Positions 1-9,116 of a stretch of 64,000 nucleotides of DNA are shown here, one piece after another. The notes beneath the pieces were generated by a model. It was not told the DNA's origin. It was given only the letters and a program-made list of their open reading frames with translations, and did no database searches. The translations under genes were made by a program, and so were the position numbers. Within the stretch, counting starts at the first letter, position 1; every line of letters starts with the position of its first letter. The stretch comes from Chitinophagales bacterium (lineage in GTDB: Bacteria > Bacteroidota > Bacteroidia > Chitinophagales > UBA10324): assembly GCA_044227805.1 (NCBI GenBank), contig JBGAWA010000005.1, forward strand, positions 6,818 to 70,817, written 5' to 3'.

Positions 1-48
1 GACATATGCTTTCATCACGCGATGCAACCGGCAAGTTTCAGGGCATGA

Positions 49-981
49 TTATTTTTCCTCCTGCATCAGCTTCCACAATACCCCTTCTTTTAACGCATAA
101 GCGGATTGAGTGATCTTTTGAATGTGGAATTGCTGAAGTACCACATCGGTAAGAATGGCTGCCACCACCATCATCGCGGCACGGAATGGTTTCATGCCCT
201 TCATCTGCAACCGTTGTTGCAGATTGCTCTTGATGAGTTGCTGATAAAGTTTTTGAAATTGTTCTTCTGAAAAATCGAAACTGGTAACCGGTCCGGGATG
301 CTCCGTATAAGCGGTTTCCGGTGCTATCATATTTGCGAAAGTATCAAATGAACCGGACGCGCCGATGAGCTGTGTGATCTTATAATGCTGCTTTTGCAGA
401 AAAAGTGGTTGCAGCATTTCTTCCAGGAATGCCTTCAACTGCAGGATTTCCTGCGGATGAATCGGTTCATGTTGCTGAAATTGTTTCAACAACACGGAAG
501 CACCTATCGGGAAACTTTGCTTCCAGAATATCTCATCTTCATTGGCAATAATAAACTCAGTGCTACCTCCGCCGATGTCCATGATCAGCAGCGGTACAGA
601 TGATAATTTTACGGCCTGCTTTACACCCAGGAATATCAACTCCGCTTCTTCCTCCCCAGATATTTTCCGCACTTCCATCGGGCAAATGGCGCTGATCTGC
701 TCCATAAAATCATTGCCATTGGAGGCGGTTCTGATGGCCGCCGTTCCAAAAGCGACGACTTGTTGCGGCTGAATTTCGTCTATCACGGCTTTATATTGCC
801 GGATCTGCTGCAATCCGCGCGCGAATGGTTTTTCACCAATTTGCTGCAGTCCATCTTCACCCAATTGTACAAATTCTTCCGCCTTGTACAACACATTCAC
901 CCTGCTGTCATTAAAGACATCGGCAATCAGCAGGTGAAAGGTATTGGTACCAAGATCCAGAATGGCCACACGTTTATTCAT
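49..981 (-). CDS. Ppx/GppA family phosphatase (exopolyphosphatase-like)
   Basis: 310-aa ORF. ILDLGTNTFHLLIA near the N-terminus and IMDIGGGSTEF later are typical ASKHA-fold Ppx/GppA motifs. Confidence 0.8.
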   Translation of the reverse strand: MNKRVAILDLGTNTFHLLIADVFNDSRVNVLYKAEEFVQLGEDGLQQIGEKPFARGLQQIRQYKAVIDEIQPQQVVAFGTAAIRTASNGNDFMEQISAICPMEVRKISGEEEAELIFLGVKQAVKLSSVPLLIMDIGGGSTEFIIANEDEIFWKQSFPIGASVLLKQFQQHEPIHPQEILQLKAFLEEMLQPLFLQKQHYKITQLIGASGSFDTFANMIAPETAYTEHPGPVTSFDFSEEQFQKLYQQLIKSNLQQRLQMKGMKPFRAAMMVVAAILTDVVLQQFHIQKITQSAYALKEGVLWKLMQEEK

Positions 982-1108
982 GACCTAATAGTAAGGAATT
1001 AGGACGGAATGGAGAGTGTGGTGCGAAAGCTTCCCAACAAAAATTGTAAGCAAGATTACAAAGTGAAGAAACAGTTTCTATTTTTGAAGCACATAACTGA
1101 TCACGCTC

Positions 1109-1555
1109 ATGACAGAACTCTCCCGCAGGAAATTTATCAGGCAAGCTTCAGCACTTGGTGCAGGTGCCTGCTGCCTCGGTGCCCTTTCCACGATTGAAAG
1201 CTGCACTACCTCACTCGAGGCAATTGGCACAGAAAAATCAATTGTAGAAACTCCCGGTCAAATCTCCATCCTAAAATCTTCTGTGGCCGGGCAAACCTAT
1301 ACTAAACTAAGTTCCAGCAAATTCAGGGATCCCATTTTTCTGAACATGAATGCGGATGGCAGTTATACTGCAGTGCTCATGAATTGTACCCACAAAGGAT
1401 GCAGCCTTGGCGCCTCGCAGGGTAAATTTGTTTGTCCTTGCCATGGTTCCGAATTTGACCTGACCGGACATGTATTAAAAGGCCCCGCCAAAACGGATCT
1501 GCAAAGCTTTCAGGTTACAACCGATGATTTGCATATTATTGTCAAGTATCAATAA
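1109..1555 (+). CDS. Rieske [2Fe-2S] domain protein with twin-arginine signal peptide
   Basis: SRRKFIRQ Tat motif at the N-terminus. CTHKGC and CPCHGS are Rieske cluster-binding boxes. Confidence 0.85.
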   Translation: MTELSRRKFIRQASALGAGACCLGALSTIESCTTSLEAIGTEKSIVETPGQISILKSSVAGQTYTKLSSSKFRDPIFLNMNADGSYTAVLMNCTHKGCSLGASQGKFVCPCHGSEFDLTGHVLKGPAKTDLQSFQVTTDDLHIIVKYQ

Positions 1556-1729
1556 ACAGCTGGCAGCACAGGATCATTAACCCGGAAAGGCCCGGTTAAT
1601 TTCCGCTACATACCTTCTTGCTGAAGGAGGATTTTTTGTGTGAAATGGCTGCCGCCTGCTATCTATTGCATCCCCTTTTTCACACACTCATTAAAGCTTC
1701 ATTCTTCCGATTACATTTGCAGTGCTTTC

Positions 1730-2602
1730 ATGAGTCATCCACCTACCTTCACTGACTGGATTTTACTGGCGCTGCTGGCGCTTATCTGGGGCAGTTCCTT
1801 TATACTGATGAAAAAAGGGTTGGAAGTCTTTCAACCTGAACAGGTGGCGGCACTTCGTATTGTGATTACTGCCACAGTACTGCTACCCATAACCGTGCTA
1901 CATCTCCGGACCGTGCAAAAGGAGAAGGTCAGGTACATTGTGCTGCAGGGTTTGTTTGGCAATTTTATTCCAGCCTTTCTGTTTACTGCCGCGCAACAAC
2001 ACATCAACAGCTCACTGGCGGGCATTCTTAATTCGTTGTCCCCCGTTTTTGTGCTGCTGCTGGGCATCCTTTTTTTCAATACCGGTTATACGTTTTGGAG
2101 AATCGGAGGGATGACGGTGGCATTTGCCGGTTCCATCCTCTTGTTGCTTTTTCAGGATGGCAGCGGCATACAATTCAAGGGCGCCTATGGCTGGCTGATT
2201 GTGCTCGCAACGGTCTCCTACGGCATCAGTTCCAACATCATCAAAAAATTTCTGCATGATGTAAAACCTGTCACGATCAATGCGCTGGCTTTTTCCTTCA
2301 TGCTGCTTCCGGCACTCCTGGTCTTATACCTGACACATCTGCCACAGACCTTTACAGTAAATAACGAGTCACTTGCCGCACTGGGTTACATTGCCCTGTT
2401 AGGCATCGTGGGATCAGGTGTTGCTTCCATTATCTATTTCCGGTTGATTCACCATACAACGGCTTTATTTGCATCGTCAGTAACCTACCTCATTCCAATT
2501 GTCGCTTTGTTTTGGGGCCTTTTGGCAGGGGAGTCCATCGGCCTTATCGACTATGCCGGTATGGCGTTGATTCTTTCCGGTGTTTACCTCGTGGGGAAAT
2601 GA
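1730..2602 (+). CDS. EamA/DMT family transporter
   Basis: Lies in ORF 1640-2602. The ATG at 1730 (MSHPPTFTDWILLALLALIWGSSF) gives a multi-TM protein with two EamA-like halves. Start is uncertain. Confidence 0.8.
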   Translation: MSHPPTFTDWILLALLALIWGSSFILMKKGLEVFQPEQVAALRIVITATVLLPITVLHLRTVQKEKVRYIVLQGLFGNFIPAFLFTAAQQHINSSLAGILNSLSPVFVLLLGILFFNTGYTFWRIGGMTVAFAGSILLLLFQDGSGIQFKGAYGWLIVLATVSYGISSNIIKKFLHDVKPVTINALAFSFMLLPALLVLYLTHLPQTFTVNNESLAALGYIALLGIVGSGVASIIYFRLIHHTTALFASSVTYLIPIVALFWGLLAGESIGLIDYAGMALILSGVYLVGK

Positions 2603-2729
2603 GTTGTAGTAAAATTGCCTTTTCTCTTTCGTTGATCCCGGATTTACCAATGGAAAAATCCCTCTTCGCTGCGACGGGAAACTGCTACCGGCGGGCTGAA
2701 AAGCAATTTTCCATCTCGCCGTAATGAAA

Positions 2730-3110
2730 TCACCGGCAGGCAATCATCGAAATCTCAACGTTCACATTCAGGGGCAACCCGGATACGGCTACTGTCTCTC
2801 TGGCCGGGTAATCGCCCGTGAAGAAACTTCCGTAGACTTCATTCACGGCGGCAAACAGTTTCATATCGGAAAGAAAAATGGTGGTCTTCACCACCTGTGA
2901 GAAGTCATAACCGGCAGCAGACAATATTGCCTGCAGGTTTTCCATCACCTTCCGTGTTTCGCTGGCGGTGTCAGCGGTAATGAGCTCGCCGCTAATGGCA
3001 TCCTTGGCAACCTGTCCGGAGATAAACAGCATATCTCCGGTATTCACAGCCTGGCTGTAAGGCCCGATAGGTGCCGGTCCTTTATCGGTTACTACAATTT
3101 GTTTTTTCAT
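2730..3110 (-). CDS. RidA/YjgF/L-PSP family protein
   Basis: The internal ATG at 3110 gives 126 aa starting MKKQIVVTDKGPAPIGPYSQAV. The C-terminal PARETVAVSGLPLNVNVEI is a typical RidA signature. Confidence 0.85.
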   Translation of the reverse strand: MKKQIVVTDKGPAPIGPYSQAVNTGDMLFISGQVAKDAISGELITADTASETRKVMENLQAILSAAGYDFSQVVKTTIFLSDMKLFAAVNEVYGSFFTGDYPARETVAVSGLPLNVNVEISMIACR

Positions 3111-3174
3111 GACAGTGGTTGATTGAAAGGGAAAAGATAGCACTCTTTTCTCGCTGATAACAAGGGCCGTTACG

Positions 3175-3966
3175 ATGATTGCAAAAGCCTCAACAGTGTC
3201 AATCATCAGGAAAAGATTATCCGCCAACGGTTACCTTTGCAGGCACCATCGAATTCATCCTGATTCCTTGAAAATATTTGCCACCGGACATCCAAGACGC
3301 CTTGCCGAATTGAAAGAAAAAATCGGTACGGCTCATACAGTGCACCTGCACGAAGGTCCCGGTGCAGCAGCAAGCCTATTAGATGCATTTGATCTCTTGT
3401 TTGATCTTAGTTTTGATGACAACCCTTCCGGACTTGCTGCTTATGCAGTTCTTCAAAACAAACCGGTGTTGGTTTGCGCTGTAAAAAAATCACTCACGCA
3501 ATTAATTTCGCTTTACGATGGTGATATAGGTTGTCACCTCATTGGTTTCAACGCACTGCCTACGTTTATTAATCGTTCGAGGTCAGAAGTTTCCTTTTTA
3601 AATGATGCCGCTGCACATGCATGGCAACAAATATCGCAGGCCCTTGGCTGGGAATACGATACGGTGGAAGACAGGCCGGGCATGGTTTCTATTAAGGTAA
3701 TAGCCATGCTGATTAATGAAGCTTGTTTTACACTGGAGGAACAGACTGCCAGTATGCATGACATTGATAGGGCCATGAAACTGGGACTTAATTATCCATG
3801 GGGCCCGTTTGAATGGTGCGACCGAATTGGAGTCAAGGAGGTATATGAAACGCTGCAAGCCATTGCCGCTGCTTCATCAGATGCCCGCTATAAGATTTGT
3901 GAATTGCTGAGAGAAAAGTACCTGTCGCAAAAACCATTTTACATACACACCACCAATCTTACTTAA
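3175..3966 (+). CDS. 3-hydroxyacyl-CoA dehydrogenase family protein (C-terminal domain conserved, N-terminal domain degenerate)
   Basis: The C-terminal part (INEACFTLEEQTASMHDIDRAMKLGLNYPWGPFEWCDRIG) matches the 3HCDH C-terminal domain. No GxGxxG motif is seen at the N-terminus. Start is uncertain (a possible TTG lies near 3268). Confidence 0.55.
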   Translation: MIAKASTVSIIRKRLSANGYLCRHHRIHPDSLKIFATGHPRRLAELKEKIGTAHTVHLHEGPGAAASLLDAFDLLFDLSFDDNPSGLAAYAVLQNKPVLVCAVKKSLTQLISLYDGDIGCHLIGFNALPTFINRSRSEVSFLNDAAAHAWQQISQALGWEYDTVEDRPGMVSIKVIAMLINEACFTLEEQTASMHDIDRAMKLGLNYPWGPFEWCDRIGVKEVYETLQAIAAASSDARYKICELLREKYLSQKPFYIHTTNLT

Positions 3967-3970
3967 CAGG

Positions 3971-5323
3971 ATGGAGGCAAAACAGTTGCTGATCTATTCA
4001 CCTCGCGATTCGCCGCGGTTGCAGTACACACTGCAATTGGTGTTCTTTCAATTGCTGGGTGTGGCTTATGAATTCACTGTTGAAGGGCAACGGTACGCCG
4101 CTTATGATGGTCCCAAACTAATTTACGGGCCGAAAAATACAGGCGATGGCGTATTCATTTACGCGGATGAGCTGTTGTTTACCGCAAACATCCAACCGCC
4201 CATTATTCATACAGGCAGCTTCCGGGATATTACCACCCTTTTTCATCACGGTCATGAAGCAGCACTTCCGTTTGATCCTTTTGCTGCCGCATTTTATCTT
4301 GTTTCCAGGTATGAAGAATACCTTCCTTTTCAGGGAGATGCGCATGACCGGTTTCCTGCAGAAGTGAGCCTGAACTACCGGCTGGGATTTCACCAGGTGC
4401 CGGTGGTAAATCACTATGCGCTTTTTATCCGGCAACAATTGCTTCATTATTTTCCTGAAATGATTTTTCCCGGAAGGAACTATCAATTTCAACTTACCTA
4501 CGATATTGATATGGCTTTTGCCTTTCGCGAAAAAGGATTGCTGCGGAATGCCGTCAATCTGTTGCGATCGGCAATACTGCTGAATGTGCCTGCATTAGTC
4601 ACGCGTTTGAAGGTGCTTTGCGGTTTTGAACAAGATCCGTTTGACACATTCGATTACCAGCGGTCGTTGCATGATCAGTTTACGATGCAGCCCGTTTACT
4701 TCTTCCTGCTCGGAGATCACAGTCGTTATGACAAAAACATAAGCTGGAAGAATCCTGTGTTGAAGCGGTTGGTGCAAGATATTTCCGGAAAGTATCCAAC
4801 CGGCATACACGCCAGCTACGCCTCAAACCGCTTTCCCGGAAAAATAACAACCGAAAAAGAACGGCTCGAAAAAATCAGCGGCAGAAATGTCTTTCGAAAC
4901 AGGCAACACTATTTGAAACTGAAGATGCCTGTCACCTATCAGAGGCTCCTGGCTGCAGGCATCACAGAAGACTATACCATGGGCTATGCATCACAAACAG
5001 GATTTCGTGCCGGTATTGCATCCGCATTTTATTTTTATGACCTGCAAAACGAAACATCCACGAACCTGTTGATTCACCCTTTTGCGGCTATGGATGCGGC
5101 CCTGTTTTATCATCTTAAAATGGATGCTTCCGCTGCATTGGCACAGGCAAAACACCTTGCCGATGAAGTCAAAAAAGTGAATGGCACTTTTACATTTCTA
5201 GCACACAATGATCTGATAAGTGATCAGGGGCCTTGGCAAGAATGGCGGACGCATTTCGAAAAACTGATCTGCTATTGTTGCGCTACTGCTGAAAATAATC
5301 AGGGAAACTTTATTCAATCGTGA
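3971..5323 (+). CDS. Hypothetical protein, possibly polysaccharide deacetylase-like
   Basis: Long 450-aa ORF with good coding appearance. The LTYDIDMAF segment resembles NodB-type deacetylase-like folds. Function not established. Confidence 0.55.
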   Translation: MEAKQLLIYSPRDSPRLQYTLQLVFFQLLGVAYEFTVEGQRYAAYDGPKLIYGPKNTGDGVFIYADELLFTANIQPPIIHTGSFRDITTLFHHGHEAALPFDPFAAAFYLVSRYEEYLPFQGDAHDRFPAEVSLNYRLGFHQVPVVNHYALFIRQQLLHYFPEMIFPGRNYQFQLTYDIDMAFAFREKGLLRNAVNLLRSAILLNVPALVTRLKVLCGFEQDPFDTFDYQRSLHDQFTMQPVYFFLLGDHSRYDKNISWKNPVLKRLVQDISGKYPTGIHASYASNRFPGKITTEKERLEKISGRNVFRNRQHYLKLKMPVTYQRLLAAGITEDYTMGYASQTGFRAGIASAFYFYDLQNETSTNLLIHPFAAMDAALFYHLKMDASAALAQAKHLADEVKKVNGTFTFLAHNDLISDQGPWQEWRTHFEKLICYCCATAENNQGNFIQS

Positions 5324-5377
5324 TGCTGATTTCGGAAAACCGTTACCTTTCGAACACGAACCTCCTTTCTCCCTCTT

Positions 5378-6031
5378 ATGCCGGTAATTAATTTAAGCGA
5401 CACCCACTCTTTGGTGAGTCAGTTCCTTTCTGAAATACGTGATGCAGCCGTTCAGAAGGACAGGATGCGATTTAGAAAAAACATGGAGCGATGCGGAGAA
5501 ATTCTGGCCTATGAGATAAGCAAAGTATTACCCTACCGGGAAAAAAAAGTCATCACGCCATTGGGTACAGCTAATGTTCCGGTACTTGAATCTCCTCCGG
5601 TGATTGGTGCCATTTTAAGGGCAGGCGTTATTCTTCACCAGGGAATGCTGAATTATTTTGATCATGCTGATAATGCATTCATCTCCGCTTACCGCAAGCA
5701 TCAGCCGGATGGGACATTTGAGATCCTGCTGGAATATGTATCGTCTCCCAGCTTACACAACCGCATACTTATCTTAGCCGATCCTATGCTGGCCACAGGC
5801 CAATCGATGGTAAAAACGATGGAACAGCTTTTTGCATCCGGTCAGCCACGGCATATTCACCTTGCCTGTGTAATTGCAGCACAAGCCGGCATTGACCTGG
5901 TGTTACAGCATTTTCCCGAGGTTACTATTTGGGCATGTGCCATAGATGCTGACCTCGATGAAAAATCATATATCGTTCCCGGATTAGGCGATGCAGGAGA
6001 CCTGGCGTATGGTTCTAAAATGCAGCATTAG
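5378..6031 (+). CDS. upp: Uracil phosphoribosyltransferase
   Basis: 217 aa. PRPP-binding loop ILILADPMLATGQS and C-terminal YIVPGLGDAGDLAYGSK are characteristic of Upp. Confidence 0.9.
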   Translation: MPVINLSDTHSLVSQFLSEIRDAAVQKDRMRFRKNMERCGEILAYEISKVLPYREKKVITPLGTANVPVLESPPVIGAILRAGVILHQGMLNYFDHADNAFISAYRKHQPDGTFEILLEYVSSPSLHNRILILADPMLATGQSMVKTMEQLFASGQPRHIHLACVIAAQAGIDLVLQHFPEVTIWACAIDADLDEKSYIVPGLGDAGDLAYGSKMQH

Positions 6032-6148
6032 CCTGCTAAAAATGTTAAAATTGCATTTGCTTGTAGCATTTTAATAAAACTATACTAATTTTAGAATCCT
6101 TTATTCCGAAACGGTCCGGCATAACTGAGAACTTAAACCGATTGGTAG

Positions 6149-7174
6149 ATGAAAAAAACTATACGCTTCACTTTTGCTTTACTGCTGGCAATCACCACTG
6201 CAGTCAGTGCGCAGGATGTACACTTTTCGCAGTTTTACTATTCACCGTTCACGCTCAATCCGGCTTTGGCTGGATCAATGGATGGACAATATCGTATAGG
6301 CGGTATTTACAAAAATCAATGGGGCAGTGTTTCATCACCTTATGTTTATTCCACTCCTTCTGTATTCGCCGATTTCAAATTGTTTGCCGGTGGGTATTCC
6401 TACAATTACCTCGGACTGGGTGTATTATTGCTGAATGACAAATCAGGCGATGGCGGTCTTTCCAACATTACCGGCATGTTGTCGGCTTCCTATCACCAGG
6501 CATTGGACAGAGAGGGAAATTATCACATCGCTGTCGGATTGCAGGGTGGTTTCGTTCAGAAAAAAATCGATTTCGGCAAGTTGGATTTTTATGATGAGTT
6601 TGATGGGCTGGGATTCAATGGCATCACATCCGAACACTTCGATTATTACCAGATCGGTTATGCTGATTTTGCTGCCGGCGCATCCTTTGATGGAATGGTT
6701 AGCCGTTCCAGCCGTGTGCAATTCGGGGCTTCTGCGTTTCATCTTACCACCCCTACGGAATCTTTCTTTGTATCCAGCGATAACGTACTCAACATGCGTT
6801 ATGTAGTACATGCCAATGCCACTTTTGGAATCAATAACAAGTACTACATTTTTCCTTTCCTTCAGTACCAGATGCAGAACAACGATAATGAATTTGTGCT
6901 GGGATCCAATTTCGGTATCAACCTCAACAGCAATCCGCGCGGTTTGCCCAGCGTGTTCTACATTGGTGCCTTCAGCCGTGCCGGTGTTGACCTCATTCCA
7001 ACTATTGGTATCATGATGAAAGGAGTGCAGGCCGGCTTAAGCTATGACGTTACCACATCCAGCGATTTAAGTGCCGCTACCAATGGTAAAGGCGGTTTTG
7101 AACTCGCCATCGTTTATACGGGCAACAATCAGCCTCCCCGCCACTACAAGAGGATTTATTGCCCTTCTTTCTGA
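6149..7174 (+). CDS. PorP/SprF family type IX secretion system membrane protein
   Basis: Signal peptide followed by QDVHFSQFYYSPFTLNPALAG, the hallmark N-terminal motif of PorP/SprF beta-barrels. 341 aa. Confidence 0.8.
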   Translation: MKKTIRFTFALLLAITTAVSAQDVHFSQFYYSPFTLNPALAGSMDGQYRIGGIYKNQWGSVSSPYVYSTPSVFADFKLFAGGYSYNYLGLGVLLLNDKSGDGGLSNITGMLSASYHQALDREGNYHIAVGLQGGFVQKKIDFGKLDFYDEFDGLGFNGITSEHFDYYQIGYADFAAGASFDGMVSRSSRVQFGASAFHLTTPTESFFVSSDNVLNMRYVVHANATFGINNKYYIFPFLQYQMQNNDNEFVLGSNFGINLNSNPRGLPSVFYIGAFSRAGVDLIPTIGIMMKGVQAGLSYDVTTSSDLSAATNGKGGFELAIVYTGNNQPPRHYKRIYCPSF

Positions 7175-7471
7175 TTGTAACGGACTATTGATGCTTTGCG
7201 ACACCGTGATCACGCGGTTGGCGCACTTATGCAGTTGAATAAGTGAGGCGGTTCAATCAAACATCTTTCAATTTTAAATCCTCATTTTTCAATGTATAGC
7301 AACAATGTGTTTCACTCCGAAACAGTGGTGTAAAATGCGGTTTCGGCTAACAGTTTGCGCTCTTGCATTCCGATGGGATTGTCAGCCTCTGCCTTTCTAC
7401 GAAGATCCGCTTTCAAAAATACACAGCAACGTCAAACGGAACCCGAGGCCCCGCCTGACGCAATACCACTG

Positions 7472-7633
7472 TTAAACCCACATTTTGCAGTTCAAAGCGG
7501 CATCGGGTTTAACCCCGACGTAGAGCTGCTTAGGGTTTGTGAAACATTTTCTTTTCTTGACAAATTGAGCAAACCCTTAGCAGCTCTAAGTCGCAGCGAA
7601 GCGGGATTTTTCCACTGAAAAATCCGGGTTAAA
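7472..7633 (+). repeat. Full-length copy A of the ~162-bp three-hairpin intergenic element (MITE/REP-like)
   Basis: Aligns end to end with 48920-49081 and 62453-62613. Contains hairpins TTAAACCC-N25-GGGTTTAA, a 17-bp stem with a 30-nt loop, and GGATTTTTC-CACT-GAAAAATCC. The ends are imperfect inverted repeats. Confidence 0.9.
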
Positions 7634-7643
7634 ACGGGTCTTA

Positions 7644-8135
7644 TTATTTTCTGGGTGCGGTCTTGTTAAACATGTACCGGGCAATTTTCCAGTCATCATT
7701 TACTTTTTCAAACACAAACAATTCTCTATTCGCTTCAGGAACCGTATCGCCTGTTGCGCGAATCAATGTTGTGCCTTTTGAACTGGTAACAGCAAAAGCC
7801 ATATTTCCTTCTACCTGAATTTCTTCAATGAAGAATTCAATATTCAGCTGGATTTGTGAAAAGACAAATTCATATGATTTTAGAATTCCTTCTGATCCAA
7901 CTCCGGATGGGGCTTCTGTTGGCATAAAAATCCCATCCTTTGTGTATAAAGACTGAGCTAATTTTGCATCTGAAGTATTTAGTGACTTCTGATACTCACT
8001 TAAAAGAGTTTCGATTCTTTGTTTTTCTTGCTTATCCATTTTTTCAGTTGTGTTGATTTTTAAATCTGAATTTTCGTTTTGAACACATGAAATAATCACT
8101 GTCATCATTAATACGATTATCGTTATGCTTCTCAT
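7644..8135 (-). CDS. SnoaL-like/DUF4440-type (NTF2 fold) lipoprotein
   Basis: Lipoprotein signal peptide MRSITIIVLMMTVIISC. Size and C-terminal pattern (FVFEKVNDDWKIARYMFN) are typical of NTF2-like proteins. Confidence 0.6.
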   Translation of the reverse strand: MRSITIIVLMMTVIISCVQNENSDLKINTTEKMDKQEKQRIETLLSEYQKSLNTSDAKLAQSLYTKDGIFMPTEAPSGVGSEGILKSYEFVFSQIQLNIEFFIEEIQVEGNMAFAVTSSKGTTLIRATGDTVPEANRELFVFEKVNDDWKIARYMFNKTAPRK

Positions 8136-8136
8136 G

Positions 8137-9021
8137 TTAGTTTTGATTTTGCTTAATCCATTCCACTAAGGAGGTAAATTTTCCTGTCGAAATTTCATTG
8201 GCCATTCTAATTTGGGTATCCGAATTGGGTCCCATATAAGTGCTTTCTTCGAAATAAGAAAACATTTGAGTAAGTTCTTCAGCACCTTTAAATGGAAACT
8301 TTGAAAACACTTCGCCAGGAACGTATGTAAAACTATAGTCCTTACCATTTGCTTTAAAAGCTGATATGATATCATCGAAACTGTAGCAACCTGCCGCAAG
8401 TGATAAGTAATTCCCTTTACCAACTTTTTCAGGGTTTAAAAAGGCACCCGTAACCACTTTTCCCAGGTCATTGATGTCTGCCATGTGTATTACCTTTTTT
8501 GAAGGGTCAACCGGAAGTGCCCAGCCCAATGACCCGTCTTGTTGCTTTTGGGCGCCTAATTGGCCAACCAGGTTTTGAAAATAGAATGGAGGCTGCACAA
8601 AAGTGTAATAGGTGAAACCCGCTGTTTTCACTATTTCATCTACCCTTGCTTTTCCGGTAAAATGCGGTACTTCAAATTTGCCCTCGCTAATCGCTGCAAC
8701 ATTGGGTAAGGTAGACCAAATGAAATGAGTGACATTCGCTTTTTTTGAAGCCTCTATTGCATTTCTTCCTTGTTTTGGTTCGTCGGCTCCTTCCCAAAAA
8801 TTTGTCACTACAAATACGCCATAAGCGTCCTTAAAGGCATTTGCCAATGAATCAAGGTTCGTCAGGTCACCTGCTACAACTTCATCTGCATTTCCATTGT
8901 ATTTATCCGGGTTTCGGGTTATAGCTCTTACATGAAAAGAACCTTCCTTTTTTAAAGCGTTTACAACGCCTTTACCTTGAAGCCCCGTTGCTCCTACAAC
9001 GGCAATTATTTTCTTTTCCAT
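8137..9021 (-). CDS. NmrA family NAD(P)-binding protein
   Basis: N-terminal Rossmann motif IAVVGATGLQGKGVV. About 294 aa, NmrA/isoflavone reductase-like. Confidence 0.8.
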   Translation of the reverse strand: MEKKIIAVVGATGLQGKGVVNALKKEGSFHVRAITRNPDKYNGNADEVVAGDLTNLDSLANAFKDAYGVFVVTNFWEGADEPKQGRNAIEASKKANVTHFIWSTLPNVAAISEGKFEVPHFTGKARVDEIVKTAGFTYYTFVQPPFYFQNLVGQLGAQKQQDGSLGWALPVDPSKKVIHMADINDLGKVVTGAFLNPEKVGKGNYLSLAAGCYSFDDIISAFKANGKDYSFTYVPGEVFSKFPFKGAEELTQMFSYFEESTYMGPNSDTQIRMANEISTGKFTSLVEWIKQNQN

Positions 9022-9116
9022 ACTGTGATGTTTTTAAAGTTTAATTACAACACAAAGATCCGGAAGGCGGGAGGTTTCTGCTTATAAGGTATCTTAAGAA
9101 ATAATCTTACTGTATC

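Noticed and set aside
1-15. Possible minus-strand start codon (CAT at 13-15) of a gene running off the left edge
   Set aside because: Only five codons are visible, which is far too little to support a feature.
7355-7618. 87-aa ORF reading through repeat copy A
   Set aside because: The same frame is open in copies B and C only because the sequences are near-identical, and those copies lack an upstream start. Substitutions among the copies are roughly half nonsynonymous. The region is better explained as a structured non-coding repeat.
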